From positions 50,408,001-50,472,000 of the forward strand of contig NC_058382.1 of the NCBI RefSeq assembly GCF_018350175.1: a stretch of DNA of 64,000 bases. The letters run 5' to 3'. The notes below the pieces were generated by a model. That model saw only the letters and a list, made by a program, of their open reading frames with translations, searched no databases and was not told the DNA's origin. Each line of letters starts with the position of its first letter. The first letter of the stretch is position 1. Origin of the DNA: Felis catus. Lineage: Eukaryota. Below, in pieces: positions 14,220 to 27,669 of the stretch. The translations under genes and the position numbers were made by a program.

Positions 14220-15073
14220 ATACTTGCTTTAGTTTTAGATTATTTTAATACTAGCAAAGAGTTGGAATATGTTCAAAATTGTTCCTTTTTTAAAAGACCA
14301 TGCCCTTTTTCATATAAAACAAATAATTGGCTATTTTACCAATCCAAAATATTTTTATAGCCAATTTTGTATTATCTTTGGACAGTATTCCATGGGTGAA
14401 CACATTTTTGTCATTGTCGTAACCTCCATTTCTGGAAGAAAGTGAATGGACAAGAGGAATGGGCAGGTTTTTATTAGTGGTCAAAATATTCATCCCAATA
14501 CAGGTCCGTGTCTTCAGGGAAAAACGTGACATACTTAGTATGCAGGCCAGTGATTTTGATAATATACGATACAATGCGATATTTTCAATAGTATGTATGA
14601 GTTTCTTAAAATTTCCCTTTATGCAGTTAACAAAAATTAGGAGAGTCATTGGTCAAAGGTACAGTTTGTTCAAGAACGTGCAACTTTATAAAGTTCTCTC
14701 CTTTAGAGGAAGATCCTGTGACACTGAAATTTTCCTGAAAATGAGTCAGGTGAAGAGATAATACCTATAAAGCTACACATCCAAAATGTGATGTCATTGA
14801 AAGGTTGTTAGATATATAACTATGCATTCATATACATGTGTCTACATGTATATATGTTACATATGACATATATAACACGTACTATATGTAACACATGTAG
14901 CACAACTTGTGTTTCATGACTTGTGAGAAACACAAAGTTAAGAAAAAGCGCAAACACATAAAAGAAAATTAATAATACTGGATACTGGATCTGTGTTCAA
15001 TGGCATATAAGTGGAGGTCCTAAAGCAAGAAAATTGTGACTTTATTAATTCGATCAGGGCATTCAGTGAAGTA

Positions 15074-15578
15074 CAGATCTTCTTCAACATAGGATGGGGT
15101 ATGTTCTGATAAACACATAGCAAGTTGAAAATATCATTATGTTGCAAATGCATTTCATAAACTTAACCTGACAAACAGCATGGCTTTGTTTAACTGACCT
15201 TAAATGTGCTCAGAACATATACATTAGCTTGTAGTTGGACATTACCTCCCGAGTCAAAGCCTGTTTTATCATCAAGTGTTGAATATCCCTTGTAATTTAT
15301 TGACTACTGTAGTAAAAGTGAAAAACAGAAAGGCTGTATGGGTATAGACAGTGGTCAGTCTATCCAGTTTTGACCCCCATGATCACACTGCTCATTGACT
15401 GGAAGCCATGGCTTGCTGCCACTGTCCAGCATCATGAGAATCTGATTGCATAGCACAAACCTGGGAACAGATCCAATTTCCAAATCTGCAGTACAGTTTC
15501 TACTGAATGAGTATTGCTTTTCCACTATTTGAAGTTGAGAAATCAGAAGTCAAAATGTCTTAAGTTAGGAACTGTCTG
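15074..15578 (+). mobile_element. Tigger5/MER47-family TcMar MITE
   Basis: TA|CAGAT...GTCTG|TA termini with TA TSD; both arms resemble MER47A, with an extra internal segment. Confidence 0.85.
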
Positions 15579-15924
15579 TAAAAGAATTTCACAGGGACTT
15601 GGTAACTTAAAAAGGCTCACATCATTTTGTGGATATTTTTTTTGCCATAAAGAGAACATGAATGTAATGGACTTAAATATTATAAATTTTTTATGCAAAA
15701 ATGGACATGGGGTAACATCATCTCAATGTATAACATACAACTATGGGAACTCAGAGGGGTCAAAACTGATATTCTACCTCACTGCCTTTTGACAGATATC
15801 GTATCTATGATATGTATTTTAAAATCTAAGGGTGAGTATATTAAACCTTCGGTTTGGGCTAAACAGTGACATCAAATAAAATTTGCAATAGATTTTTGGG
15901 AAAGTTTTTAAAAGCAATTTCCTG

Positions 15925-16096
15925 GATTTATTTTATTTTACTTTGTTATTTTTTGAGAGAGAGAAAGAGAGAACCCCAAGCGGGCTGCACACCCAACACA
16001 AAGCCTAGTGTGGGTCTTGATCTTATCTCCATGAGATCATGATCTGAGCCCAAATCAAGAGTTAGACACTTAACCAACTGAGCCACCAGGCGCCCC
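15925..16096 (-). mobile_element. Can-SINE, short variant
   Basis: reverse head ...CACTTAACCAACTGAGCCACCAGGCGCCCC. Confidence 0.88.
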
Positions 16097-16105
16097 ATAA
16101 TTTAT

Positions 16106-16180
16106 GTTTTTAAAAACTTTATTGAGGTATAATTGACACACATAAAGCTGTATATATTTAATATATACAACTTAAGAGTT
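16106..16180 (-). mobile_element. L1MB-like extreme 3' end
   Basis: ACTTTATTGAGGTATAATTGACA...AAGCTGTATATATTTAA. Confidence 0.65.
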
Positions 16181-16913
16181 CATGGGTTTATTTTTATATT
16201 AATAATGACAGGGCACATTTATTACCCTCTCATTGTGTTAAAGAAACTAGGAACTTTGTATTAATCATTCTTTTTCATTGAAGTGTAATTGACACACTGT
16301 ATTAATTATCCTTACATAATATTCACACCTCACCTGGAAGGAAGGTATAAATATCAAAGGTGAGAGAGATTTGGGGACTTGCTCATGTAGATGAAAGAAA
16401 TAGAAATTGGGAACTCCTGATCTTGGGTTTCTTCCTGTTTCATTCAGCTGGGTCACAGTGCTCTCTATATTTTAGCTATCATCAATTGTATTCTATTTTC
16501 TAGTGTTCCTGTTTTCTTCTTTTATTTCCTCACATCCAAGCTACTCTATTTTAAAATGTGAATCAGAGTATGCACACTAATCCATATAAGAAGACCATTG
16601 TATACTTTAATTATGCCACATGCAGTCTGTCACTTTTGTTTATCACCTTTGTAGGAGTAGTCAACACACACCACCAAAATATTGTCTATGAATATCCAAG
16701 GTGGTTATTTCAGGCAGTTGAATTCACTTTTTATCCATAAAGAGCGTAGCGACTTTTTTCCTCTTTTGAGACTTTACAATCTGAAATTTTAATGCATGTA
16801 GTTTCAATAGGATTGGAAGGAAAATTGCCTTTAAATGCTTTTAATGGGAAAATTAGCTACTGAAATATTGACATATTGTAAAAATGTTACCCAGCCTTTG
16901 CAGACATCGAGAG

Positions 16914-17044
16914 CAGCACTGTCCAGTATGGCTTTCTGCTCGGACGGAAATGTTCTCTATCTGCATTGTCCAACATGTGGCTACCGTGAGTGAGCAACTG
17001 ATCCTAATGTTAATATGGCTAGTAGCTACCATGTTGGTTAGCAG
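16914..17044. mobile_element. MER3-like hAT MITE, internally deleted
   Basis: CAGCACTGTCCA...GGAAATGTTCTCTATCTGCATTGTCCAA...GGCTAGTAGCTACCATGTTGG. Confidence 0.7.
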
Positions 17045-18454
17045 GTCAAACTGAAATGACTTCACACATCCCTCCACCTCCTAGGGCTGACCTTCTCATC
17101 CTGTTCAGGCAACACAAAGAACGGGAGCTAGTCTTTTTAAGATTGCGTGTGAATCTTGCAACAGTGCTCTTCCTTTTTCTCATCACTGTAAAGATGGCAC
17201 CATTACCATGTTTGCAAAAGTAAGGACCAGTTTTACTTGTAGGAGATTAACCCCAGGTACCCTCCGTCTTCCATTAAAGTAGTTTTCTACCTGCAAGTTG
17301 GAGAATTGCTCCCTGAAGGCACTTTAAGGCACATCAGCTGCCAGGCATGAAGCTTGCTGTGTGTTGTGGATCTGAAGATCTAGGTAGTGGGTGGATTTGA
17401 TTTTCCTGGACCTGCCTGAGGCCAAAATTGTTTCCACTTCATTATTCTGAGAAATGGAAACGTTCCATGAGGCAGTCTAGAGTTCTGAAACATAAATGCT
17501 AGTAGATATAAGAAAATTTTCAAAGTCCTTATCTACCAAATTCTTTGTTTTCTGCAGCAACTGTGTTCCCTTATGCTTAAATCAGTTCACTATAAAGATA
17601 TCACAAATCTAAGCATGACATTTTCTAGCGTTATGCATTCCTACTGGGATAAGCTTTTTTTCCTTCAGAGAAGTAAAACCGAATGCTGTAGTCACAAGGT
17701 TTCACCAAGACAAAACTGTACAGGAGGCAGATCTTGGACAACTGCTTATCCTTTTCTTCATCCTCCCCATTCCCCATCACTCTCTATCCTTTATTCTGTT
17801 TCACTTTTTTGTCCAACCCACTGGAGCCTGGTGATCTTTGACCGTTCCTAAATCATGGTCAGTTTCTACGAAAAGTGCTGAAGTTCAGATGAGGGTGATC
17901 AAAACCAATATTTTTTTTTAGAGTACTTGAATTTTAAGCAAAATGTTCTATGTGTTTAAGAAATTGAGTATTTTGTTGTATGCTGACTATATTTAAAACA
18001 GTTTGATGGAATCAAGGATTTATTTTCTAGCTCCTGAAGTCTCACCCTAGTTTTGTGTGCCTTTTGTTATTGTGTGTACAGTTAACCCTGGTTAAGGGTC
18101 ATCCTAAGCTTTCTATATCAAAGATTCATCTAAATCATGAATTATCAAATAGGAAAGCTGCGTGTTAGTGAATATTGGCATAATGACTTATTCAATTAAA
18201 CATGAGATCATCCACACAGTACTTAAAAGACACGTTCAAGCAAACTGTTTACAAAAGAGCTTTTTTAAAAAACACTGTTTCTCCTTCTCTGATCTCTCAA
18301 TTCCTCATGGATAGTGAACTGACTTTTGGTCAGGGACACCATTTAGAAAGAATTCTTCATAAAATAGCATGCTTGTCTTAGGGGTAACAGAATTATGTAA
18401 TACCGTCATTTATCCCGCCACCCATTGTGGAGGAATAGGCATCAGGTTTATCTT

Positions 18455-21400
18455 CTTAATTGAAACAACCAAAGTAAAGGGACAAAATACATAAAATAAT
18501 TGGTCTTAAGACACTAGATACCAGGAGACACAGGACAGTGATCTCCGAAAGCTGAGAGACAAACAAAGTGAACTCTACAGTGGCCTCAGCTTGTTGCCTG
18601 TAGAATATTTCCAGGCAATGGTTACAGAGAGGAGAGGCCCAGACAGAGTCTGGTGGATTCTCTGAGTCGAGCAGGTAGAGCTGGGGTTTGAGACCAAAGC
18701 AGTTAGAATGCACAGGGGAGAGTACCAAGGCGAAAAATGTTGCACAGGGGGAACCTCGGACATCTGTGGAGGATTCTTTTGGAGTATTCAGCAGAATGTC
18801 AATTAGCACATATGTATGAAGAAATTATCAGAGACCAAGAATAAACATTCAAAAATATTGGAGGGAAGAAGTTTTGGCATTTTCATGGAGTGTGGGAAAA
18901 TATGCCTACCAGCAAGACAAAGAAAACTTACAATTCACAGGGCACTGGATAGACCACTCAGGAAAGTCTTGCCTCAGTAGTGGAGAATAATCAGTGCTAG
19001 GCTAAGGACTACTCCAGATTCACCTAAAAATCATGAAAGCAAGACCTGAATGGATCAAGTTATTTCTAAGTAACTTAGCTGCATCCCAGAATAAATAAGA
19101 AATTTTATAGGAATACAAAAATATCCAGTAACTAAAAAAGTAAAATTAATTTCACACAATATCTGGCATCCAATCAATGATTAACAGGTATGTGAAGAAA
19201 CATAGAACACAACCCATAATGAGGAAAGTGATCAATAATAATCTAATATTATTATAATCTAACAAATGTTAGAATGAGCAGCTAAGGACATTAAAATACT
19301 TAATATAATTGTATTCCATATGTTCAAAAGGTCAAGTAGTGTCATGGAAGAAATACAAAGGATGAAAATTGAAGTTCTTGAGCAAAAAGTTTTAGTGCCT
19401 AACATAAAAAATACTCAAAATAAAACAGCATGTTAAATATGGCTGAACAAGAGACTAGTGAACCTAGAGACGTAGAAATGTAAGGTATTCAAAATAAAAT
19501 ACACAGAGAAAAATTGAAAATGAAAAGAGCATCTGTGAGATGCAAGACTATTCCTACTGGCCCAATATACATGTAATTGGAGTCCCTGAAGAAAGAGGGG
19601 CAAACAAATTAGAAGAAATAATGACCAAAGTTGTCCAAGTTGATGAAGATGATAAAATGTAGATCCATGGTGCTCATATTCATGGACTGGAAGACTCAAT
19701 ATTCAGGGGTCATGTTTATCCAAGTTGCTTTACAGATGTAACACATCCCAAATAAATTCCAGAGAGGCTCTCTTGGCGATATTGGCAAACTGATTCTAAA
19801 GTTTATACAGAAAGACAAAAGACCTGGAAAAGCCAACACAATACTAAATAAGAACAAAGTCAGAAACTGACACTGTCCAACTTTAACTTTACGTTAAAGC
19901 CATGGTAATCGAGACAGCATGCTATTGGTGGAAGAATACACAGAGTAATGGAATAAAAGAGCACAGAAATAGGCCCACACAAATATATTCAACTAACTTT
20001 GAAAAGGAGCAAAGGCAATTCAATGGAAACAAGGTAGTCTTCAAACATTTCAACTTCCACAGAAATGGGCTCAATAGGGATTATAAATCTACATGTCAGA
20101 AGCAAAAATATAAAACTAGGGGAAAATTTTGGAAAAAATGTAGATCTTGAGTTTGGTGAAAAGCCTATAGATACCATATCAAAAACAAGATCCATGAAAG
20201 ATCCACAGATGGGGAGAAGATATTTGTAAAACATGTATTTGATTAACGAATTATATTTAAAATATACAAAGCTCTTACACTCAACACTAAGAAAAAAATC
20301 CAATTAGAAAATGGCAAAAGACCTGAACAGGTGTCTCCCCAAAGAAGATATACAGATGGCAAGTAAGCATACGTAAAGATGTTCAAGATCTTTTGTCATT
20401 AGAGAATTGCAAATAAGCACAACAATACAACTACACTCTTATTAGAATGCCTAAAATCCAGAAAACATAATAAAATTGCTGGCAAGGAGGTGGAGCAACA
20501 GGAATTCTCATTCTCACTAGTAGGAATGCAAAATGGCACAGTCACTTTGAATGACTGGCAATTTGCTCAAAGGTTAAGCATCATCTTACCATAGGATCCA
20601 GCAGTCACACTCTTAGAAATGTATCCGAATGAGCTGAAAACTTTTGTCCACACAAGATACTGCATGTTAATGTTGATAGTAGCTTTATTAATAATTGCCT
20701 CAAACTGGAAGCAACCAAGAAGTGCTTCAACAGTAAAAGGATTAACAAAAGTGGCATATGCATACAATGGAACCTTACTCAGCAATAGAAAGAAAGGAGC
20801 TAATAAGCCATGAAAATCATGGGTTGAATCTTAAATGTGTATTGCTAAGTGAAAGAAGCCAGACTGAAAAGGCTATGTAATGTATGATTCCAGTTATATG
20901 GCATTCTTGGAATTGGAGGAAGAGTAGGAGAGGGTTAAGTAGATGAAGCATAGGAGACCTTTGTTAAGGGCAAGAAACCATTTTGTATTGTCTTATTTAT
21001 GATTATGGACGCGTGACCCTATGCATTTGTCAGAAGAGAACCTTACTGTGTGCAAATTAAAAAAAATATGTAAAGAGTGTAGGATTACCTGGATGGAATG
21101 CAAAATGTGACAAAACAATTATCTGTATTAGAAATGTATGAAAAACCCCATTTAAGGGGAGGAGTAAAAAAGATTCTGAACTAAGTAAGTTTGGAAGTGA
21201 GTAGAGTCTGTAAGACTAAAGGAATAGTACCTAATCACTATAGTTTAGTTGATAAAGGTGTTTTACATGGGAGTAGAGGTTAAATATTGTGCTAATACTC
21301 CAAAGCCAATTGAAATTGAACAGTTAAGTAAATGAGGAGGGATGGGAGTCACATTTCTCATTGTTGGAATGGTAGTTTACAGATAGGAAGGAGAAGGATG

Positions 21401-22685
21401 CTGGAATAATCCACATGATAATAGACTGAAATTGGAGACATCACTGTGAAATCATATTTAGCTTAATATAGATACAAATAAATAATGACACGGAGATATT
21501 TATAGATATCTGGATATACGCAGGTTAGTATATACATTTATTTTCTTGCTCTTTCAGCAGAGAGGACCTAGAAGTAAGGATACCAGTAGCAACAAGCACA
21601 CTCAGGACCCAGAGCTTGGTTTCTAATAACCTTTAGTAAAAGGAACCAATGCTCTTTAAAGAAATAGCTGATTCTAGGACAGTGACAAGAAATACAGAAA
21701 ATGAGCTTAGAGAGTCCTTAGAGAAAATGATGCCAGAAACTAAGGAAGTGCTGAAATGTGTGCACTCACATACACACGCACACACACACAAATGATAGAC
21801 ATATGTTAAAAAAAATCCCACATGATCCAATCAAAAAGGCTACTTATAGAAGCTTTTTCATCCAAAGATGGAACAATTTGAGCAACAAAGTAGAGTAGTA
21901 TTAGATTAGAGACCAATATATAACATAAGTATCCATAAGCCATATGATTGATTAAATAAATAAATTGGGAGAATAGATGAATCTTTCATGAAGAACAATT
22001 CCAAACGGTTTATAGAGATATTCTGCTCTCAAGTCGGTGGAGTATAATTCCCCACCCCTAAGTGTGTGTTGCACATAATGCCTTCCTTCCAAAGAGGAAA
22101 GAAGAAAAGGATGAAAAAAAAGAGTAATCTGAGAGAAATCTGACACTTTCTCCTCCGAGTGATCAAGGTCAACATCATCAATGATAAGTCACGTTAATGG
22201 TACATACTCTTGTATGATCTGATCAGAATGGCACTTTACCTCTGTAGTCCTCCCCTCAGAAACTTCATTTCTAGTTTAATCATGAAAAAACAACAGACAA
22301 ACCCATTAGAGGGCCGTTATAAAAAATAGCTAACCAATATTTTCAAAACTGTTAAAAAAATAATAAGGTAAGTCTGAGTACCTGTTACAGCCAAAAGGAT
22401 CCTAAAGAGGCATAGATATTAAATATAGTGTGGTATTCTGGAAGGGACCCAAGAACAAAGAAAGAACATTAGGTAAAAATGAAAAATATCTTAATAAGAT
22501 AGGGATTTTTAGTTAACGATAATATGCCAGTATTGGTTCATTAATTATAATGAATGAACCAAACTAATGTAAGTTGCTAAAAATAAGGGAAACTGGGTAT
22601 GGAGGGTAAATGGGTACTTTCTGTACTATCTTTGTAATTTTTCTGTAAGTCTAAAACTATTTTTATATTAAAATTTATTAAAATA
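18455..22685 (+). mobile_element. old L1 (L1MC/L1MD-like), internally deleted: 5' region, ORF2 remnants, long 3'UTR
   Basis: ORF2 remnants 19640-20800 (e.g. YPNELKTFVHTRYC..MLIVALLIIASNWKQP); typical end GGGGAAACTGGGTA...CTGTACTATCTTTGTAATTTTTCTGTAAGTCTAAAACTATT. Confidence 0.8.
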
Positions 22686-23584
22686 TTTCATAACTATTAA
22701 CTATTTAAAATATCTTAAAATATTTATTTTAAAAAGGGAACATTTCAAGTCATGAAAGAACCAACACTCGCTGTATAATACATAATATTTTAATCAGACT
22801 ATCTAAAAATCTTAAATACTTTCTATTAAAAACTATATGTAATCAAATATTGTTGAATCATGCAAACTATAATATATATGTGCATGTAATAGATGCTATG
22901 ATAATAAATGTATGCATATTATACATATTTATACACACACGATATGTAATATATAAATAATGTATGTCATTATATAATTCAGGTAGGCAAGAGTTACACA
23001 TTTTCTTTAATAATATTAAGGAAAAAAATAGGGAAGTTGCAGTACCACATAAAAAATGTGCATGTTTTTCCTTATTACTATTTTTTCTGAAGACGACAGC
23101 CAGTGTTGCCTATAATTTTTATCTGTATTTGCCAATTAAACCTTTATTATGGAAGGGTTGTGTCAGGTGAGATGTTAATAGAAAGAGTGCTCTGCTAGAG
23201 CTTTCCCTGTTTGCAAAGTTGCAAAACTCAATATGTGTCTTATTATCAAAGTCATCACTTACACGATTTATAACATACTGATTAAAAGAGAAAATAAAAC
23301 AGTAGCACTTAGGGCAATAAAAAGTCGCTTAGGAAAAGTGTGTTTATGTTTCAGAATGTTAAATCCCTTTACTGAAAATGCAATACAAAATAAAAGTAAA
23401 TACCATTAATAAAATATTAACTCAATAAAGGTTCAGTCCCAACAATGACAACGGTGAATATTTTTGTATATTTACTGGTTATAGCATAGAAAACATTGTT
23501 TATATTCAATATAAATATTTTTGGGAAGGGCCTTTTGGCAAAAATTTTATTGTCTAGTAAATAGCTGATCTGAGATGAATTTCA

Positions 23585-24598
23585 GTGAGTGGGGGGTGGT
23601 GATTCCTCAGTTCCCCACACCAGCAGGCAATTCTCAGGACACCAGCAGGGTGTCCAAAAATGCAACTCAGTTCTGACACCATCAACCTGGAGATCACATC
23701 AGATTATCAGGTTAAGGGCTCAGTTACAAGACTCCCCTCCCTCCCCTACTTTTCCTGTACTTCTGACCAACCGGCTATATGTAAATCAGAGGTCCCCGCA
23801 ACCCCCTCCCCCCTCCTTGGGTTTGATTATTTTGCTAGAGTGGTTCACACAACTCAGATAAATTTATTTTAAATTTTTTTAATGTTTGTTTATTTTTGAG
23901 AGAGAGAAAGAAAGCGTGAGCAAAGTAAGGGTAGAAAGAGACACAGAATCTGAAGCAGGCTCCAGGCTCTGAGCTGTCAGCACAGAGCCCCACATAGGGC
24001 TCGAACTCATGAACTGTGAGATCATGACCTGAGCCGAAGTCAGACACTTAACCGACTGAGCCACCCAGGCGCCCCATAACTCAGAGAAATATTTTACTTA
24101 TTAGATTGTGGGTTTATTATAAAAAGATATTACTCCAGAACACCAGACTTAAGAGGTCATAGAGTAAGGTATGGGGGAAAGGGTGAGAAGCTTCCATGCC
24201 CTCTCCAGTCATACCATTGTCCTTGAATCTCAACATGTTCACCAACCTGGAAGCTCTCTGAACCCAATTACATGGGTATGATTAATTGCATCATTGGCTG
24301 CTGGCAATAGAACTCCGTCTCTAGCCTCCCTGTCCTCCTCAGAAATGGGGAGGCAAGGAGGGACTGAAAGTTCCAAGGCTGAGGCAACCAGTCCCAGCCC
24401 TTAAGTTACCTAAGGGTTTTCCAAAGGTCACCTTATTAACATAACAAAGACACCTTTATCACCCTTTATCAGAGGAAATTCCAAGGGTTTGGGGAGCTAT
24501 GAGCCAAGAACAGCAGAAGAAAACCAAATATAGTAAGAAATCTATTCTGGTCATTTGGATGACCAAATATATATATTTGTTATAAACCACAGTATTGT
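23585..24598 (-). mobile_element. MER21-like LTR, interrupted by a SINE
   Basis: reverse MER21 motifs (GACCAAATATATATATTT, TTCCAAGGGTTTGGGGAGCT, CTGAAAGTTCCAA, TTAAGGGCTCAGT). Confidence 0.7.
23862..24075 (-). mobile_element. Can-SINE nested in the LTR
   Basis: reverse head; TSD AACTCAGA(T/G)AAAT on both sides. Confidence 0.95.
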
Positions 24599-25317
24599 CC
24601 CTGAAGTATATTTTAGTTTAAAAAAATCTATTTTGAATGGTGACATCAGCAAAATTAAAGAATAAGAAGCCCACCTTGAAATTCCAGAAACCAGTTAGGA
24701 GATTCAGGCCCCAGGTAAAACAGTTGTTACTTGAATAAAGTAAACAAAGGAGAGCATCTTGATCTCTTTCTAGTCTTTTGATGTGACTTTGTTCCACTAT
24801 GGCCTGAAGGTCTTTTTCCAATCTAATTGACAGTCTAGGAGCCTCCTGGTACACTGTGGTGGGACGTACAGTTCTCTGGCAAGTTGTACCAACAGGAAAC
24901 TGAAAGCTTTATTTTACAAATTCTAACACTTTGATTTGATTTATAATGCTTTCTCAGGCAGGGCCTGGCCCATAATATGCATATGGCAAACCCTAAGCAC
25001 CAGCAGTTGTGTTTATCTTAATCGGTGAAAAATAGAACCACAAATGCATCCACGGGGAGAAGTGATTCGTGGCATCTGAATCAGCAGTACAGTAATGTGC
25101 AAAATTAGGGCTCTCTGCTTTCCTGATTTTCCCCATTCAGACTCTTTTTTTCTTTTTTTCCCCTGACACTAAGCACCATCTGGTGGGGATGTAGAAAAGA
25201 AACACAGGTGAGTGGGTCTTGGTGACCAACCCTTGCCTGCTACTAATGGGTCATGTCCCTTTGGTAAGTGGAATTCCTGTGCTCATTGAATTTCTCATCT
25301 GTGCCAAGTGAGGACAA

Positions 25318-25520
25318 GAACAATGATGGTTGTGTAACTCCTAGGGGCTTTCACTTTATGGCATTGTCTTGGCCATGAGGTTGATACTTTACTTATCCTT
25401 GGTGCGCAGATGAGGAAACAGAAGCAGAGGTGATACATAGCTTGCCCAAGAGCATGTGCTGGTCGGTGGTATAGCTGGGGCCGACATTGAACCTGGGCTG
25501 CCAGACTCCAGCATTGCCTG
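25318..25520 (-). mobile_element. MIR relic
   Basis: CAGATGAGGAAACAGAAGCAGAGGTGA...CTTGCCCAAG MIR core. Confidence 0.75.
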
Positions 25521-26529
25521 CTCAAACCACTCCTCTGTATGGTCAGAATGCAGATATGTAAGGCCAGTATGTAAATGATGACTCAGTCAGTGCTAGGTAC
25601 TTAGTAGGAGGTTGTCACAAATTCTATCACAATGGCTGTTTAGTCATTATTCCCTTGTATTGTTAAAAAAAAAAATCAAAGACCAAAGTAATGGAGTTAC
25701 TTAATTAGAACCATAATGAAAGCTGAATTCATGTCTAGGCCCCTCTCTTTGCAAAGTCAACCTTCTCTCCCTTGCTTCACATTATCCAGGCCATGTCTCC
25801 CCTGTGTGGTCATCATACGGGGACAGATGTTGCGGAGGCTTGAAATGCTCTGAGCTTCTCTCCAGTGCCAGCCTCCACCTCATTCTATAGCCATAGCCCC
25901 TGATATGGAAAAATCCATCATAATGGCTGCTATGATAATTTATACTTTGAAAGAAATTATTGGCATAAAGGGCTCAAGTATTTTTCATTTATGTGTACTG
26001 ATCCTTTTAAAATGTATTCTCTAATTTGTTTTTTGGGAACAACTAAATATAAAGTTTTAATAGGAAGACACCGTCTCTCTTCTGGAGAGCCCAAGAACCT
26101 GTTCCTCAGTGTGGGGTCACTGAAAGTAATGATTTTAGAGCTTTGCAGAGCAGAATGCCACCCCCAGCCTTCTCTCCTATGCACTGTGACAACTGTGGAC
26201 ACACTGCTTGCAATTTCCCTGAGGTTTAGTCTCTTTGTTATCTAGACATAATGATATTTCCCTCAATGATTGCTATAATTATTTAATTAGGTAACAAATG
26301 GCATATAGTATGTGTTCAATAAAATTTAATCCCCTTCAGTAATTACCTAACAGAAATTGTCAATTTATATCTGCTTTTGCTTAATATATTATATTGGAAA
26401 ATAACAAAATCAGGGATGTAGGCCTAGGAATACAAGTAAACACTCAAGCAATGACCTTTCTTTTCCCTGCTGTTTTTTTCCTAAGGCTTCGGGTTTTAGC
26501 TACCACTGACTGGTCAAGGAGGAGGTGTG

Positions 26530-26700
26530 CTGTGATGTGAGAAGCAATAAGTCCCAGGCTGAGAGCATTAAAATTGGAGTCAGAAAAACAAAGTGCAGTG
26601 TTCAGTGCTTCACTTAACTAACTCTACGACCTGTTCAAATTATTTAAATTCTCTGTTCTTGTTTTTTCATCTGTAAAATAGGAAAAGTAAAAATATCTGT
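26530..26700 (+). mobile_element. MIR relic
   Basis: TTGGAGTCAGA...TTCACTTAACTAACT...TTCATCTGTAAAATAGG. Confidence 0.65.
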
Positions 26701-27148
26701 TCTGCTTTGTTTGTAGGCAAGAGCTAAACTTGTTTGTTTAGCTCTTGCAGCTAGACAGGAGGATGCTTCGGTCATTTTTCTCCTTCTTTCACTCATTCCA
26801 TAGCAAGGGTGCTGCTGCCATAGGCTTATTTTTTCTAATGTGTAATCACCCAGAGATGCTTGGCAACTCTTGGATTCCTATTCTTATAAAATCGAGCACA
26901 TTATCAGAAATATCTTCACATTTCTTTTAAAGAGATTATTTATCCTCTCTGACACCGTGTGATGTACTTATCATTGTGTGATATTAGCTCCAGTATTTAA
27001 ATATTTTAATATTCTACTCAAGAAATGGCAGTATTCATGGATCAGCCATTAGAAGAGTAATTTTTCTGTGGCTGATGGTCTTCTGAATTCAAGTTTATTC
27101 CTCCCTCCTTTAGAGCATTTGAATTACATCTTTACATTGTTTAGGCTT

Positions 27149-27195
<47 letters not shown>

Positions 27196-27221
27196 ATGTG
27201 CGTGTGTGTGTGCATGTGTGT
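27149..27221. repeat. (TG)n microsatellite upstream of the promoter
   Basis: seen directly. Confidence 0.97.
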
Positions 27222-27669
27222 AGGGGGGGTTCCCTTCTTTAGTATCCCAGCATTTTTCACTTCAGGCCTTTGGGGAATTGTTATTAAAGAATTTGTAGGA
27301 TGCAGCTGTCTATTCACAGCACGATGCGTTCATCAAAATAAATCCATCCAAAGCGCTCAGTTTGTGGATTTGTCCTCCTGATGCACTAAAATAAGAAATG
27401 TTAATTTCTCGCAGACTATTACCAGATGATTCTAAATATCTGCCAAACAGGAATGTCTGTTTCCTTGTGAGGAATTTCCATAATAAAATCCTGGCACCAT
27501 AGCTGAGGAGGATAGTTTTATATAAACAGAGAAAAACAGCAGCAAGTATTTTCCCCGAGCACAGTTTTAGCTACAATTTACCAATACTGCTTAGTTATTT
27601 CTGTCTTCTTTTATGCTTTTGTTTTGAAACATAATGCAGTTTTACCTGGATGCCTTCCCGGATATTTAC

